Translations under genes and position numbers: made by a program
Shown here: positions 51,001-61,849 of the stretch, piece after piece
How the letters are laid out: each line of letters begins with the position of its first letter
Numbering within the stretch: position 1 is the stretch's first letter
Assembly: GCA_044892505.1 (NCBI GenBank)
Contig: CM097882.1
Location: 561,968,001-562,032,000 of the forward strand
From: Schmidtea nova
Taxonomy: Eukaryota
Direction: 5' to 3'
DNA length: 64,000 nucleotides
Notes under the pieces: model-generated
Seen by the model: only the letters and a program-made list of their open reading frames with translations
What the model was told of the DNA's origin: nothing
Database searches by the model: none

Positions 51001-54000
51001 ACCAGTGATTAGACCATCAGTTCCAGAGACTAACCAGTATGTCAGTAAAAAAAGAAATTACGACAAAAATAGCAATAGACCACATTGTACTGAAAGAATG
51101 CAAAGTTCAGAAAGTCTATTGGTTTTTTTGAAACATATTGCAAGACGAGTTTACAACAAAGCGAAAGTATTACCGGAACCAGAATTGCGACCCTTACAAC
51201 CTGGTGAATGTTACTGTTGTGGTGAATCACGTCATATTCGGAACAATTCGGAACAAGCAAATGTTGTTTAATATGTGGTAAAAATGATCATTTTTTAATA
51301 ATTGCCCTCTATTAAGAAGTAATAATACAACAATAATTTACTGTAGTCAAGAAGAGAATGATTTAGAAAATCTTGCATGGCAATGCAGATGGAATCCAAA
51401 GTGGGCGATATGATTATGAAATTATTGAAAATGGGCATTGTTAGGAAATGTTAAAGCCCATGGAATTCACCTACGGTCGTGGTAGGTAAGAAAGACGGAT
51501 AATTCTGGATGGGTCAAGATTTTAGGTAGGTCAATGAAGTTACTGAAAAGTTCAGTTTACCAATGGCGGATCCCCAAACAATATTCGATTCTTTGTCCGG
51601 ATCTTCAGTTTTTTCGTCTCTAGACTTAGGTCAGGCATATTATCAGGTATATGTTGATGAGGCGTCTCAGTTAAAAACAGTGTTTTCTACAAAGAAGGGA
51701 CAGTTTTGCTACAATCGAATGCCATTTGGATTATCCACCGCTCCAGCAACTTTCCAAAAACTTATGCACATATTATTTGATGATATTTTGTATAACGGTG
51801 TTGCAGCATATTTAGATAATGTTCTGATATATGGAAAAACTATCGAAGAACACAATAGAAATTTGGAGGAAGTTTTCAAGCGAATTAAATTAGCGGGTTT
51901 AAGGATCAATCCTAAGAAATGTAGCTTTTATTAGAGTGAATTGATATTTTTGGGTCATAAAATTTCATTTGAAGGTATATACACGAATAATAATATGATA
52001 AAAAGAATTATTGAGGTTGAAATACCGAAATGCAGCAAACAACTGCGTTCATTTTTGGGATTAGCAAATTATTATCGCAAATTTGTTCCAAATTTTGCTG
52101 AAGTAGCCAAACCGTTGTATGAAGCTTCAAAGGAACATGAAAAAGATATTAAATGGAATGACGAGTGTGAGTAAAGTTTCCGAAAACTTAAACATGCATT
52201 ATCGAGTGCACCAATATTGGCGTTTCAAATAAGGTCGATTACTTTATTTTGGATACTGATGCGTTTTTTATCGGAATCGGTGATGTTCTAAGCAAGTTCA
52301 AAATAGTTGTGAAAAAGTCATAGCATATGGTTCAAGACTTTTAAGTGCTCACGAGAAAGGATACTGTGTGACTAGAATAACAATATACGAGTACGTCATA
52401 TATTTTCGGCATTATTTATATGGAAAAAAGTTTGATATACGTACGGATCACAAGGCTTTAAAGTTCTTAAAGTCAACTTTGAAACCAATAAGTCCACAAT
52501 TCCAAACATGATTGAGTGTGTTGTCAGGTTATGATTTTGATTTAAAATATAGGAAAGGTGAAAATCATAGTAACGCTGATGGACTATCGAGGATATTACT
52601 AAGTTATTGCTCACAATGTCAAACGAACACGAAGAAGGAAAACTTGAGAAGAGCCGAATAAGAATTTTTTAACGTGATTACTTCAAGTAATTTAAATATG
52701 CAGGTATATATTGAGAATCAGGAAACAGATAATTTGTTGTCTACAATAAAGAAATATGTACTAAACCTGAGTCCCGAGATACCTCACTTGATTCGGGATT
52801 CACCTTATTCCAAAAGACTGGATCAGATATTTGTAAAAGACAATTTGTTATTAATAGTAAATGATGATAAGCAGAAGATGGTGTCACAAGTAGTCTGAAT
52901 ATGCACAAAGAACTCTGTTATTTAGGAGTTAAGAAAACAAGAAATTATATGAACGATTATTTCTTTTGGAAACACATTGTAACCGATTTACGAGATATTA
53001 TAAAAAAATGTGATGTATGCATGAGAAGGAAAGTTTTGACAAGTAATACAGCTGAGTATTTAATTCCTAGGGTAATAATGAATTCGATGGAACAAATCGT
53101 AATCATATGAAGGAAACCAGAAACCTTAACTGTTATTTGGTAGCAATAATTGATCAGTTCAGCAAGATGGTTGTTTTAGCGCCTACTCAGAACCAAGATG
53201 AAAAGACGGTATATCGGGTACTTTTACACAATTGGATATACAAATTCGGTAAGCCAGCTTACATTGTTTCGGATAGAGGTAAAGTTTTCGAGGGAAGTCA
53301 AATCAAAGGGCTAATGGGTAATTTTAACATCGAATGGATATTTACTTCACCATATGATCAAAAGTCTAATGGTTATGTAATGGTTATGTAATACGAACGG
53401 TTCATGATATGATCGTGACATTTCTGAATGATGGTCGAACTGGAGGACATTGGGATAACATTATGCCAAAAATTGAATATTCCTTAAACTCAACAACACA
53501 GAATTCTACGGGATTTTCGCCAATGGAAATATTATTTCGAAGAAAGGTTAATATGCATGGAAAGAACATTACATTTTGATTACATTTTGTTTACAATTTT
53601 ATTATATTCCTATGACGATGCCATTTTTAATGGCAGATTAATATGAAGGAAAAATGATTCAGTTATGTAATGAATCTGGACCATATATTGATATTTAGTA
53701 AAACTGGAGAATTGCCAAAATCTAGAAACGGTGCTACAGAGAATCACAAGCAGAATAAAAGTTAAAAGAGATAAATTCATGAGAAAGAAACAGCAATATA
53801 CAATGAAGTAACCAGTTATATTTTGAATTAGAGATTAATAAGATTATTTTATAATCAAAAATTTTCACTTAACAAAAAAATTTTGCAGTAAAGGATTATT
53901 TAGTTATTTATTAATTATTTAATATTTAATTAATAATGCTACCAAGAAATCATCATTTTATTCTTTCAAAACAACAATACTGAATATTAAAACACTAATA

Positions 54001-54696
54001 ATTTATATATGGGTATAACTGATCAATTTTTTTTAAATGTACGCGCATTTTCGGCAGAATTCTCAAGATTTTTATCAGAAAAAAGCTTGTCCGAAAATAC
54101 GTGATCTTTTTAAAAAAATTGATCTAGTCTATCAAAAAAATGAAAATTTCTGAAATAAAAAGAAAATATTAAAGGTGAAAATAAGAAATTTTAATGACAA
54201 TTATTTATTACTTACTAAATATTCCATTCCTGTTAATTTTATTTTCGATTCATTTTCATTGCTCTCAATTGGTATTGTTAGCAAATATCCAACCTGGTAA
54301 ATTCATATTACGGTGGGCTTTTTAACATATTAGCAACCAACTTGAGGTAGATAAACAATGCCACAAATTTGAATATCATTATTAAAACATTTTAACTCTT
54401 CCTCAGCTAAGGCTGACAGCAAATCAGGTAAGTAATAATATTTAGATTTTTCTAAATAAATGAAATCTAAAAAACTATATTACATTAATATAACTTTCAT
54501 CCAAATATGGATCCACTCCCTCTTTGACAACAAATCTTTTTTGTTTTTCGATTCCTTCAGTATCTATAATTTTATTTATCCAGGAGGCTATCAAATATAA
54601 TTTATCTGTAAAGCTGGCCTCGATTTTTCTCTTTATTTCAAGAGGCTCCTTTATCGCAGAGAATATCTCAAAAATGTGGATAAGGCTAGCAATACT
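36133..54696 (-). CDS. MSH5: MutS homolog 5 (meiotic), partial model. Exons: 54696-54495, 54451-54342, 54293-54216, (gap)44391-44349, 40136-40040, 39998-39909, 39864-39738, 39690-39466, 36573-36436, 36394-36254, 36206-36133
   Basis: Spliced translation gives IIDTEG..KRFVVKEGVDPYLDE, ELDKEFGDILYEIKDLETSIMH, LELDCLLSLA, GRHPLQE, ISGANGSGKSVYLKQ (P-loop), GLSTFMVDLNQ, ILIDEFGKG, CPHIFLVTHF, YLYQLVDG; splice phases are consistent. N-terminal exons and the last exon were not identified. Confidence 0.9.
36900..37450 (-). mobile_element. Decayed DDE integrase remnant (Ginger/SCAND3-like) in an MSH5 intron
   Basis: Broken frames: KLKEILKSWKGIIVV and MAEYNNSDSF resemble rve integrase core segments. 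Confidence 0.35.
38745..38855. repeat. Short foldback hairpin (arms of roughly 45 bp)
   Basis: AAGTAACAAAATAGGCCTTTGCTGCAAAAATAATTTT ... AAAATTATTTTTGCAGCAAAGGCTTATTTTGTTACTT. Confidence 0.85.
40374..40966 (+). CDS. Candidate small multi-exon gene nested antisense in an MSH5 intron
   Basis: Phase-consistent GT-AG introns 40659-40707 (49 nt), 40766-40808 (43 nt), 40868-40899 (32 nt) give MKINLDFTKEIGRVLRTNIARFITNHLGCIFHVPFILTDISLDYIENNLERKHGGDQWFNLVLDNNLFPIEM*; 5' end uncertain. Confidence 0.45.
41659..44044 (+). pseudogene. 163-aa cargo ORF interrupted by the hAT insertion (41659-41865 plus 43760-44044)
   Basis: Removing 41866-43759 restores one frame (...KKYGNQ/AENTWKEYKNQLILFMQSLHEL...); AATAAA at 44073. 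Confidence 0.75.
41866..43751 (-). mobile_element. Internally deleted hAT transposon (1886 bp)
   Basis: TIR TAGTGCATCCAATACCGGTAT; 8-bp TSD GTAATCAA at 41858-41865 and 43752-43759; transposase fragments CITTDGAS, CFVHGIQL, TRWSSLHTMLERL with stops; subterminal ATACCGGTAT repeats. Confidence 0.92.
44392..44519. other. Assembly gap covering the 5' part of an MSH5 exon
   Basis: N run; the minus-strand frame ELDKEFGD starts at the gap edge. Confidence 0.95.
44538..44986. mobile_element. TTAA-flanked foldback MITE (arms about 167 bp, loop about 115 bp)
   Basis: 44538-44704 is the near reverse complement of 44820-44986; TTAA on both sides. Confidence 0.85.
44991..45060. repeat. (TA)n microsatellite
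   Basis: Direct reading. Confidence 0.98.
45194..46105 (-). CDS. Intronless 303-aa ORF of unknown function inside an MSH5 intron
   Basis: Long open frame with protein-like composition; no family recognised. Confidence 0.7.
   Translation of the reverse strand: MEKMDNEILRMYYGPIGNAMFGNFKLDIVKHYQSCRESFESAPEEEEEERYEIVIKTVASLNKNGIKVCFHATICSIIERFVSSYPTSGVVGSILGSINAYLGGVIISKNTSRLLEKVLFACKSKDISKNEIVRFQSQKFCEYRWIHYPDHLENNIGSHIVRMFFQFAFDVYVGLEGKVYSSKSVVISTPMQSPQIDKLITNEFRSSTLQAIMVICKSRCLDKFNEVVKQSMSVRGEMDKTKSNDKIQALSGSNDVIVRFDDSPEILSKDYLNVVYLVMETNKNYYLAVQLMILHFIKYKINN
46233..46393. promoter_or_regulatory. Cluster of five GCGCACAC(A/G)GAC motifs upstream of the 303-aa ORF
   Basis: TGCGCAC at 46264, 46302, 46351, 46381 and AGCGCAC at 46233. 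Confidence 0.6.
46527..46958. mobile_element. Foldback MITE-like inverted repeat (arms about 160 bp)
   Basis: 46527-46688 is an imperfect reverse complement of 46796-46958. Confidence 0.8.
47970..48150 (+). mobile_element. hAT dimerisation-domain remnant
   Basis: VSVAEAKRKFSVQKRVENYLSSTMKQ*RLNK; a hAT-like end TCTGGCAACCCTG lies nearby at about 47903-47915. Confidence 0.6.
48200..48660 (-). mobile_element. mariner transposase C-terminal remnant
   Basis: FLYDNVPIHK...STAYSVNFSPSDF resembles the DN..PH and YSPDLAP.DF motifs. Confidence 0.65.
48683..49284. mobile_element. hAT-type non-autonomous element
   Basis: CAGGGGTGGGCAA / TTCCCAACCCTG ends; flanks CTTTAGAT and TTTTAGAT (7/8 TSD). Confidence 0.75.
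49300..49800 (-). mobile_element. mariner remnant
   Basis: KLCSRFVP resembles the mariner WVP linker motif; heavily decayed. Confidence 0.4.
50325..53570 (+). mobile_element. Decayed Ty3/Gypsy LTR retrotransposon internal region
   Basis: PBS-like TGGCGACCAC at 50325; gag with CYCCGESRH knuckle; RT SLDLGQAYYQ, RMPFGL, YLDNVL; RNase H TDHKAL; integrase HKELCYLG, IIDQFSK, SDRG; many stops and frameshifts; protease not seen; LTRs not identified. Confidence 0.9.
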
Positions 54697-56028
54697 CTGA
54701 AATAAATGAATATTGGTAAAAATTAAACCATTTTTAATATCTCGAGTTTTTATGAGCTATTTCTATAACGTCAGATTCTAAGGCTTAGAAGATTAGGTGA
54801 TAAAAAGGGCAAAATGAAAAAGGTGATATTTCTATTTTATGGTTATTCTTCGTTAACCCAAAGGACAAAAACGCGCTTTTACTCAAGAGAAACTCAATTT
54901 TAAATTTAAAATGTATGAGAAGATAAAGTTTTATAAAAATATAACAATTTAAATTTAATCTATGTTTGTTATATAGTCCGTTTTAATACTGAAACATAAC
55001 TCAAGAGTATTACAACAATGGCGTGTCGCTGTACGTTGAAACCATAGCTAACATGTCTAAATTAGGCCGAAATCGCCTTCATTTTGATGACTCAGGCTGT
55101 CTAAATCCTGCTTGAACTTTTGATCATTATCTTAACGTTTCCTGCTTCGTATGAAAGTAATCAACGTTATGATGAACAAACAAATGGTGATATTCTACTG
55201 CCTGTTGAAATGACCGATACCATGTCTCAGCCAAATTATTTGTGAAAGGTACTTGTTGTTTAAACTGTAGCTTATTTTTCAAAGGCTAATAAAAATCTCG
55301 GAATTTCTGAACAGTAAAAGGAAATAAGAACTTATGGTAAATCAATTTATTCCTAGACTCCAACCCATACCCCTGTACCCCTTCCATGTTACATAATTTA
55401 ATAAGGATACAGTAAGTTAATGCTGATTATTTAATTTAATCTAAATTAAAAATTTTAATCTTTATTATGCAATAATTCATTAATTTTTCTTTAATTAATT
55501 ATTTAATTAATTTTAATAATTAATAGTTATTTAAAATAATTTTATATAAAAAATTGAAATTTTTCTATAATTATAAATAAATACTTAAACAAATCAGATA
55601 AAAAGATGATAATATTTTTCAACTCTCAATGAAAAACAGTCAACTCTCATATTTCCCAAAAGTAAAAATGATACACACAAAACTAATTTTTTGATTTCAT
55701 TGGATTGTTTTCCGCCTGATACATCGATATTTCACTTTGTTGATTGAGAATATCTAATTTTAGGCTTCATACTTGAGAATTAAACATTTAAAATTTTTTA
55801 CTTAAGTTTACCGTTTTTTGTGAGTCTACTTGAAAATTTACCGCTTTTACTTATGAGAAATCTGATAACTGACCGTTTTATCAAAGATGAAGTATTTTTT
55901 TATAATTTTATCGTTATAATTATTATCTTTAAAATTATAATCTTTTGTTTCTAAATTTTGATGTGATTTATTCGTTTTGATTCATTTATTCAGTTTTTAT
56001 AATTTGAATGACCAATTATCGATTACAT

Positions 56029-56376
56029 CAAGGCTTCTTCAACTATGGGTCGCTTATCACAATCCTGGGGTCGCGAGATTTAAATGTAAAATATTTAAAT
56101 ACACGAATTTAAAATAAAAATTTAAATGTTTTATTACCAAAACTGAAATTTTGATGAAAAATACAGCATATAATTTTTGTAAATATAATAAATACAATTT
56201 AACAACTTTTTGTTCAATTTTTAATTTTATATTTTTATGTTTCTAAACAAATTCTAAACCTAATCAATAAATCATCATAAAATATTTATATATCTTTATT
56301 TTATATTTATATGGGGTCACCAAAAAACCACAATCATAGATGGGGTCGTGAATGAAAAAAAGTTTAAGAAGCCCTG
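56029..56376. mobile_element. hAT-type MITE
   Basis: CAAGGCTTCTTCAACT / AGTTTAAGAAGCCCTG ends; 8-bp TSD GATTACAT on both sides. Confidence 0.88.
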
Positions 56377-58079
56377 GATTACATTAAAAATCAATTAATT
56401 ATTATGTAATAGTGACTACGTATTAAGTAACTTAATCTGGATTAAATTACTTAATCTGAGCGGAAGGGGAGAGAGTAGGGGTTGGTTTTATGAGATTGAT
56501 TATTATTTTAGTGACATAATCAGTGACAATTATCAGAAACTATACCATTTAAAAAAGGGGTTCCAAAAGTGCGGCCCGTGGACCAAATTCGGCCTTCGAA
56601 CTGTTGAAATGAGACTGGACTGTTTTTATCTATGAGTTTGCTCGAAATGACTGTTGTTGCAGGGAGTTGAAAGATTTTATCACCTTTATATCTTAGTTGT
56701 TAAAATATTTATTTAAAATTAAAGAAAACATTTAAGTTTTTATAAAATATTAAATAAAATTATTAAGTATTAAATTAATTAATCCTTATTAAAATATGTG
56801 ATGAGGGAGGAGTAAGGAGTAGGTTGGTTAGAAAGTAGAAATAAATCACTTAGCCGCTATAACTCATTTCTCAGTACTCTCAGAAGTTTTTATATATCTT
56901 TTCAGTAATCTTATGTAAGTTGCCAAAAGTTGCTTTTTACTAGCTTATCAACTTCTGTAACTAAAACAAAGTTGAAGGCTAAAATCATTTTTACATGCAC
57001 ACAGTTATTTTCTTCATTTTGATAAGTTTCGTTAAATGATATCGTTGTATTTTCGTCTCAAACATTACCTAATTCGATGAACCATCCTGCAGATGTGTCT
57101 CGGGGACTTCTTCAAAATCTTGTATAACACAAGGAGCATTACAGCCAGGATGCAGCTGAAGGATTTCTTGTGTGACACGCTCATAACCATGCCCTATTTT
57201 CAGTAGAAACAGTATGTAGACTAGTGAATAGGTCGAATTATTAATTGAAGCATGAATAGTGAACAATTGACTAAATAGTATTGGTAACTTAGAAGGTTAA
57301 TTTCTATAAGCAAGTGTTCATTTTAAAGTAAAACGCTCATATTATCAATCGTTTTAATTATCAGAAATCCTTTTGAAGAAAATTAGTATATTTTATAGAA
57401 TTTTACAATTTTATAATGTAAGGTACGCACTTTTGTGGTGCACACAAACGACAAAGTATAATAACAGCAATTTAAAAAAAATAATTTGTGTATTGTTCTA
57501 AAGTTTCTAAATTGGTTAATAAAACGTTAATCAATAGAGGATCAAGGTGCACGCACTGTGAAATGATCAAGAATTAATTGGGTTTGCATTTAAATTACGC
57601 GAAGCAAATAAAATAGAAAAAATGATTTATTTGTATAATATATCTAAAAAATTTAATAAATATATATTTTTCGCATGATAAATTATAAATATCTTGTAGA
57701 GTTAATAATATCAAAAACCGAAGAAGTTCTACACCGGAAACTGCCAACCGGACAAATAGACAGATACTTGTCTCTGTCGTATATGCGTGTGAGTGTGTAT
57801 GCGTGCTTATGTACTTTTTTAATTTCAGAAATTAGCATTCATGTATAAAATAAATGAAAAATTTCGGAAATAAAAAATAATAGATCAAAGGTGAACAAAC
57901 TAAAGGATGCTAATAACGCTTTCTTTAAGGAGAATGAATTCGTAAAAATGTTTAACAATTTAAAATAATTTGTCTAGTAGTTCTAGCTACGCTATTACGT
58001 GGTATAGCTAAAAGTCCTTAGGTTCGGATAAAAATAATAAAAATTAGTGGGACCAAATTCATTATTATCAACAAGACAG

Positions 58080-58900
58080 ATAGTAAGATTTAGTTCTCAA
58101 CATAACCCCAATTAACCCTGGTGCACTTTCTTCAAAAGTTTACCATTGATTTGAAAGCCATTTCAAAAGTTTTTGGTCCCTTCTCCGCAAAAGATGTTTC
58201 CGTATTTGCCTTCAAATAATGCTTTGATTTAGTCATTTTATCTTTGAAATCTTTCTTAGGATGATTGAACAACCAAAAATCTCTAGGTACACGATTTGAG
58301 TTGTATAGAGAATGGTACAACTGCACAAACCCACATTTTAGTAATGTTTTCTGTGTTCGATAATATGCGTGAATCGCAGTGTTGTCATATAACAAATAAA
58401 AGTCGTTTGCCTTATATAGCCCGGACTTCATTGATGAAGGTGAAATAGGACTCTAAGCTGTTGTAACCGTTTGAAAATCGACCTAAAGAGACTCCTTTAA
58501 CATTTAAAATACACTCAATATTATGCATTTTGCGATGTGGAATTGTCTGAACAAAACACTTTTGGCCGCTTCTCTTTAAGTATACCCACTCTTGAGATTC
58601 TTTTTCGAGCAAGGTATGTAGAGACTTTAAGGTGTCTCATCTTCTATCACGATATTTGGCAGAAAACTTGATCCAATGCAATTCAATAAAAAAGTTGCTT
58701 TCACAGCAACACTTTGTCTATCCATCATATCTGCGATAAATACCATGGAACGAACCTGTTACAAAATTTTCTGATTCACAATTGACCCAACATAAGCTGC
58801 ATTGTTTTCTTGCAAACATTTAATTTTACAAACAACTCCATTTGTGTGATTTTCATATTATTAGACACAATTTACTTTAATTTTGCAATGTTTTCTCGTT
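58080..58900 (-). mobile_element. Decayed mariner transposase
   Basis: RKFCNRFVPW, IVIEDET, YDNTAIH, HSLYNSNRVPRDFWLF. Confidence 0.75.
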
Positions 58901-60175
58901 TAATCAATACATATATTCCGCTTCTTTTATTGTAAAAAGACTTGTTCTGTTGAACGAAAACTCAGGAATTGTTGCTCTTGAAGGAGCATCTAATCCATAT
59001 GCTTCTTCAATATATAGATTTTCTTTCTTTTTTACCTTCTTTAAAAGTAAATAAATTACACTAAATAAAAGATTTCTCTTAAGTATTGCCGAATGAATGA
59101 AATTAGATATTAATACATTAAATCAAACTATAGATTTAAAACCTTTATATGTATTTTATTTCAAATATAAAAAATTGTTCTGACTTTATTATTTCTATGT
59201 GAGTCTAAAGACCTTTTATCGCATATGTTGGCACCAAAAAAATCTGTCATCTCAAAGATCGAATAAAATTAAAAACTAAAATGGTCACAAAGTTAATTTT
59301 GTCTTTTCTTGAAATTTGAATCAGTTTTTATTTCACAAATTATATTTTGAAGTGTTAGTTATTTTTTAATTTATCATTGATCTTTTCGGGGATGAATTTT
59401 TATTTATATAATTTTTTTTTATTATCACTGCTGCTATATGATAATTTTTTATTTTTATTGGTTACAGATTATTCTGTGAATATTTTTTCTTTAAATTTTA
59501 ATCTTTTCACTTGGAATAATTTTAATTTGAATAAAATAAAAGAACATGTACCAATATCGATGAAGATATTAACATATCAAATCATTCAAATATTTTCTTT
59601 TTTCAAGAACTCACAATCATATTCTTGTTCATTTTTAAAAAAAAATTCCATTACCGAGATTCGCACTTTTGAAAATACTCTAACATCTTTTAATTGAGCA
59701 GCTATCGAATATCTGAATCTACGAAAGGTTTTATACACTCTTCTAATTTTGAATCGCAAAAAAAGTCCCTGTTTTGCATCTCATTTATATACTAAAGAAT
59801 AACAAGCACAGCCTGATCAAATGGTGATTCTTGCTACAAAAAGTTTTATGTGTAAAATACCATAACACATACTTTAATAATATATAACTTGCGGTTCAAA
59901 CGTTCATCTAATAATGAAGTATGAACATAATGTTTTTCAACTATTCCAGGTATTCCATTAGTATAAATACTTTCGAATTTTTAAAAATAACACTTTAAAA
60001 AGGCATTACCGAAGAAATTTATGGCTCTTTTAAACTTCCCCCACAATGAATATTGTATAACAAAACACTATAATTCATTGTAACCGATTATACATAAAAT
60101 AAAATGGTTAATACATAGGCATTTTACATTTCTGTAGTGCCGCCGTTATTTTTATATTAGTATAATATTTTTATA

Positions 60176-60467
60176 NNNNNNNNNNNNNNNNNNNNNNNNN
60201 NNNNNNNNNNNNNNNNNNNNNNNNNNNNNNNNNNNNNNNNNNNNNNNNNNNNNNNNNNNNNNNNNNNNNNNNNNNNNNNNNNNNNNNNNNNNNNNNNNNN
60301 NNNNNNNNNNNNNNNNNNNNNNNNNNNNNNNNNNNNNNNNNNNNNNNNNNNNNNNNNNNNNNNNNNNNNNNNNNNNNNNNNNNNNNNNNNNNNNNNNNNN
60401 NNNNNNNNNNNNNNNNNNNNNNNNNNNNNNNNNNNNNNNNNNNNNNNNNNNNNNNNNNNNNNNNNNN
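60176..60467. other. Assembly gap (N run)
   Basis: Run of N. Confidence 1.
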
Positions 60468-60525
60468 TAATTATATAAAGTTTGTTTAAAAAAGCAAAAA
60501 GTAAGAGAAATTCAAATCACAATAT

Positions 60526-60738
60526 ATGAGCACTTATTACAGAATGAACACAATTTTCTTCTTATTTCTAATCATTGTTATCACTACAGTTTCTGCAGTA
60601 TATAAGGATTATCGATGCAAATGTGTTCGCAATTTACCAAACGATATGGAATTGAAATATTGCAGCTGTCCATTCATCATGCCGGATTTAGATGAAAAGA
60701 AAACGCATCCAGCAACAATCCATTTTATTTTTATTTAA
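60526..60738 (+). CDS. Possible signal-peptide, Cys-containing small protein or first exon
   Basis: Hydrophobic N-terminus (IFFLFLIIVITTVSA) followed by YKDYRCKC...YCSC. Confidence 0.4.
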   Translation: MSTYYRMNTIFFLFLIIVITTVSAVYKDYRCKCVRNLPNDMELKYCSCPFIMPDLDEKKTHPATIHFIFI

Positions 60739-61849
60739 TTCTATTTTAATATTTTATTATTTTACTTAAGATTATTTAAGACGAAGGACCTATCCCTAAC
60801 ATTTATGGAAACTTTATATGAAATTATAAGAAAGTATTTGTCCACGTTAATTTTTTTTCTTTTATTTTTTCTAATACTTTCATACCATAAATGTTAGGAA
60901 TAGGCCGTTGGCCTTAAATAATTTAAAATTAAATAATTAAAAAATTAAAAATAGGAATTAAAATGGCTATATAAACCGTTTTAATTTATGTTCAATCTAT
61001 ATTTTCTGTATAATCCGTTACAATAAATTATAGTGTTTCGTTATACAATATTCAATGGTGGTGTGAAGTATAGAAGAGCCAGAGTTAGGATTAAGCATTT
61101 ATATATAGTAAAATGAAATTCTAAATAACAATGACAAGAATTTAAATGCCTTACTTGAATTAAAATATTCCAATCTGATAATAGTGCAGTTGAATTTTTC
61201 ATGCGTAACAGGATTTGCTTTAAAAATACATTATACAATTTCAATTTTAGCAATAAACCTTAATATTTCCTATGCATTTAAGTTTTCTTAATAGTAATTG
61301 AAGTACATCGTGGTTTTGACTATTTTGAAAGAAATCAACACAGTCAAGTCTTTTTTTAATCATTGATACATCAGTAAGTGGTCTTCGTAACCAGCTATGT
61401 AGCATATCAGAGGCCAGTTTAGAATGACAGTTATTTAAAAGATCTAAATAATTTAAAATAAATGTTCTAATATTCAGTTTAAAGTTTTTTTGCTCTGTAT
61501 GATTAATAATATAGTAAGATTAATTTTATGACAAGAAAATAATAGTTGATTTAACCAGTATCTGATTAATATCTGATTGACTAGTTCCAGAATGAAAAAT
61601 GATATATAAGGAACTAACCAAGTCAGTCGATCAGCTTTGTTCATTTTAGCATAGTTTTCATTTTTGCATTAATTACGTTCTACTCTATTGTAACTATTTA
61701 TTAGTCTCGTAAACTATTTCAAATTGTACTAATTTCAATTATTCAATTGTGAAATTGTAACACTCGGAAATAAAGAAGTAAATTTGAATTTATTGTGTTT
61801 TTTATTATTATTTAATTTCCCATATATTTTACCCGTCTAAAAAATGAAT

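Noticed and set aside
57069-57266. Candidate upstream MSH5 exon
   Set aside because: No frame matches expected MSH5 sequence.
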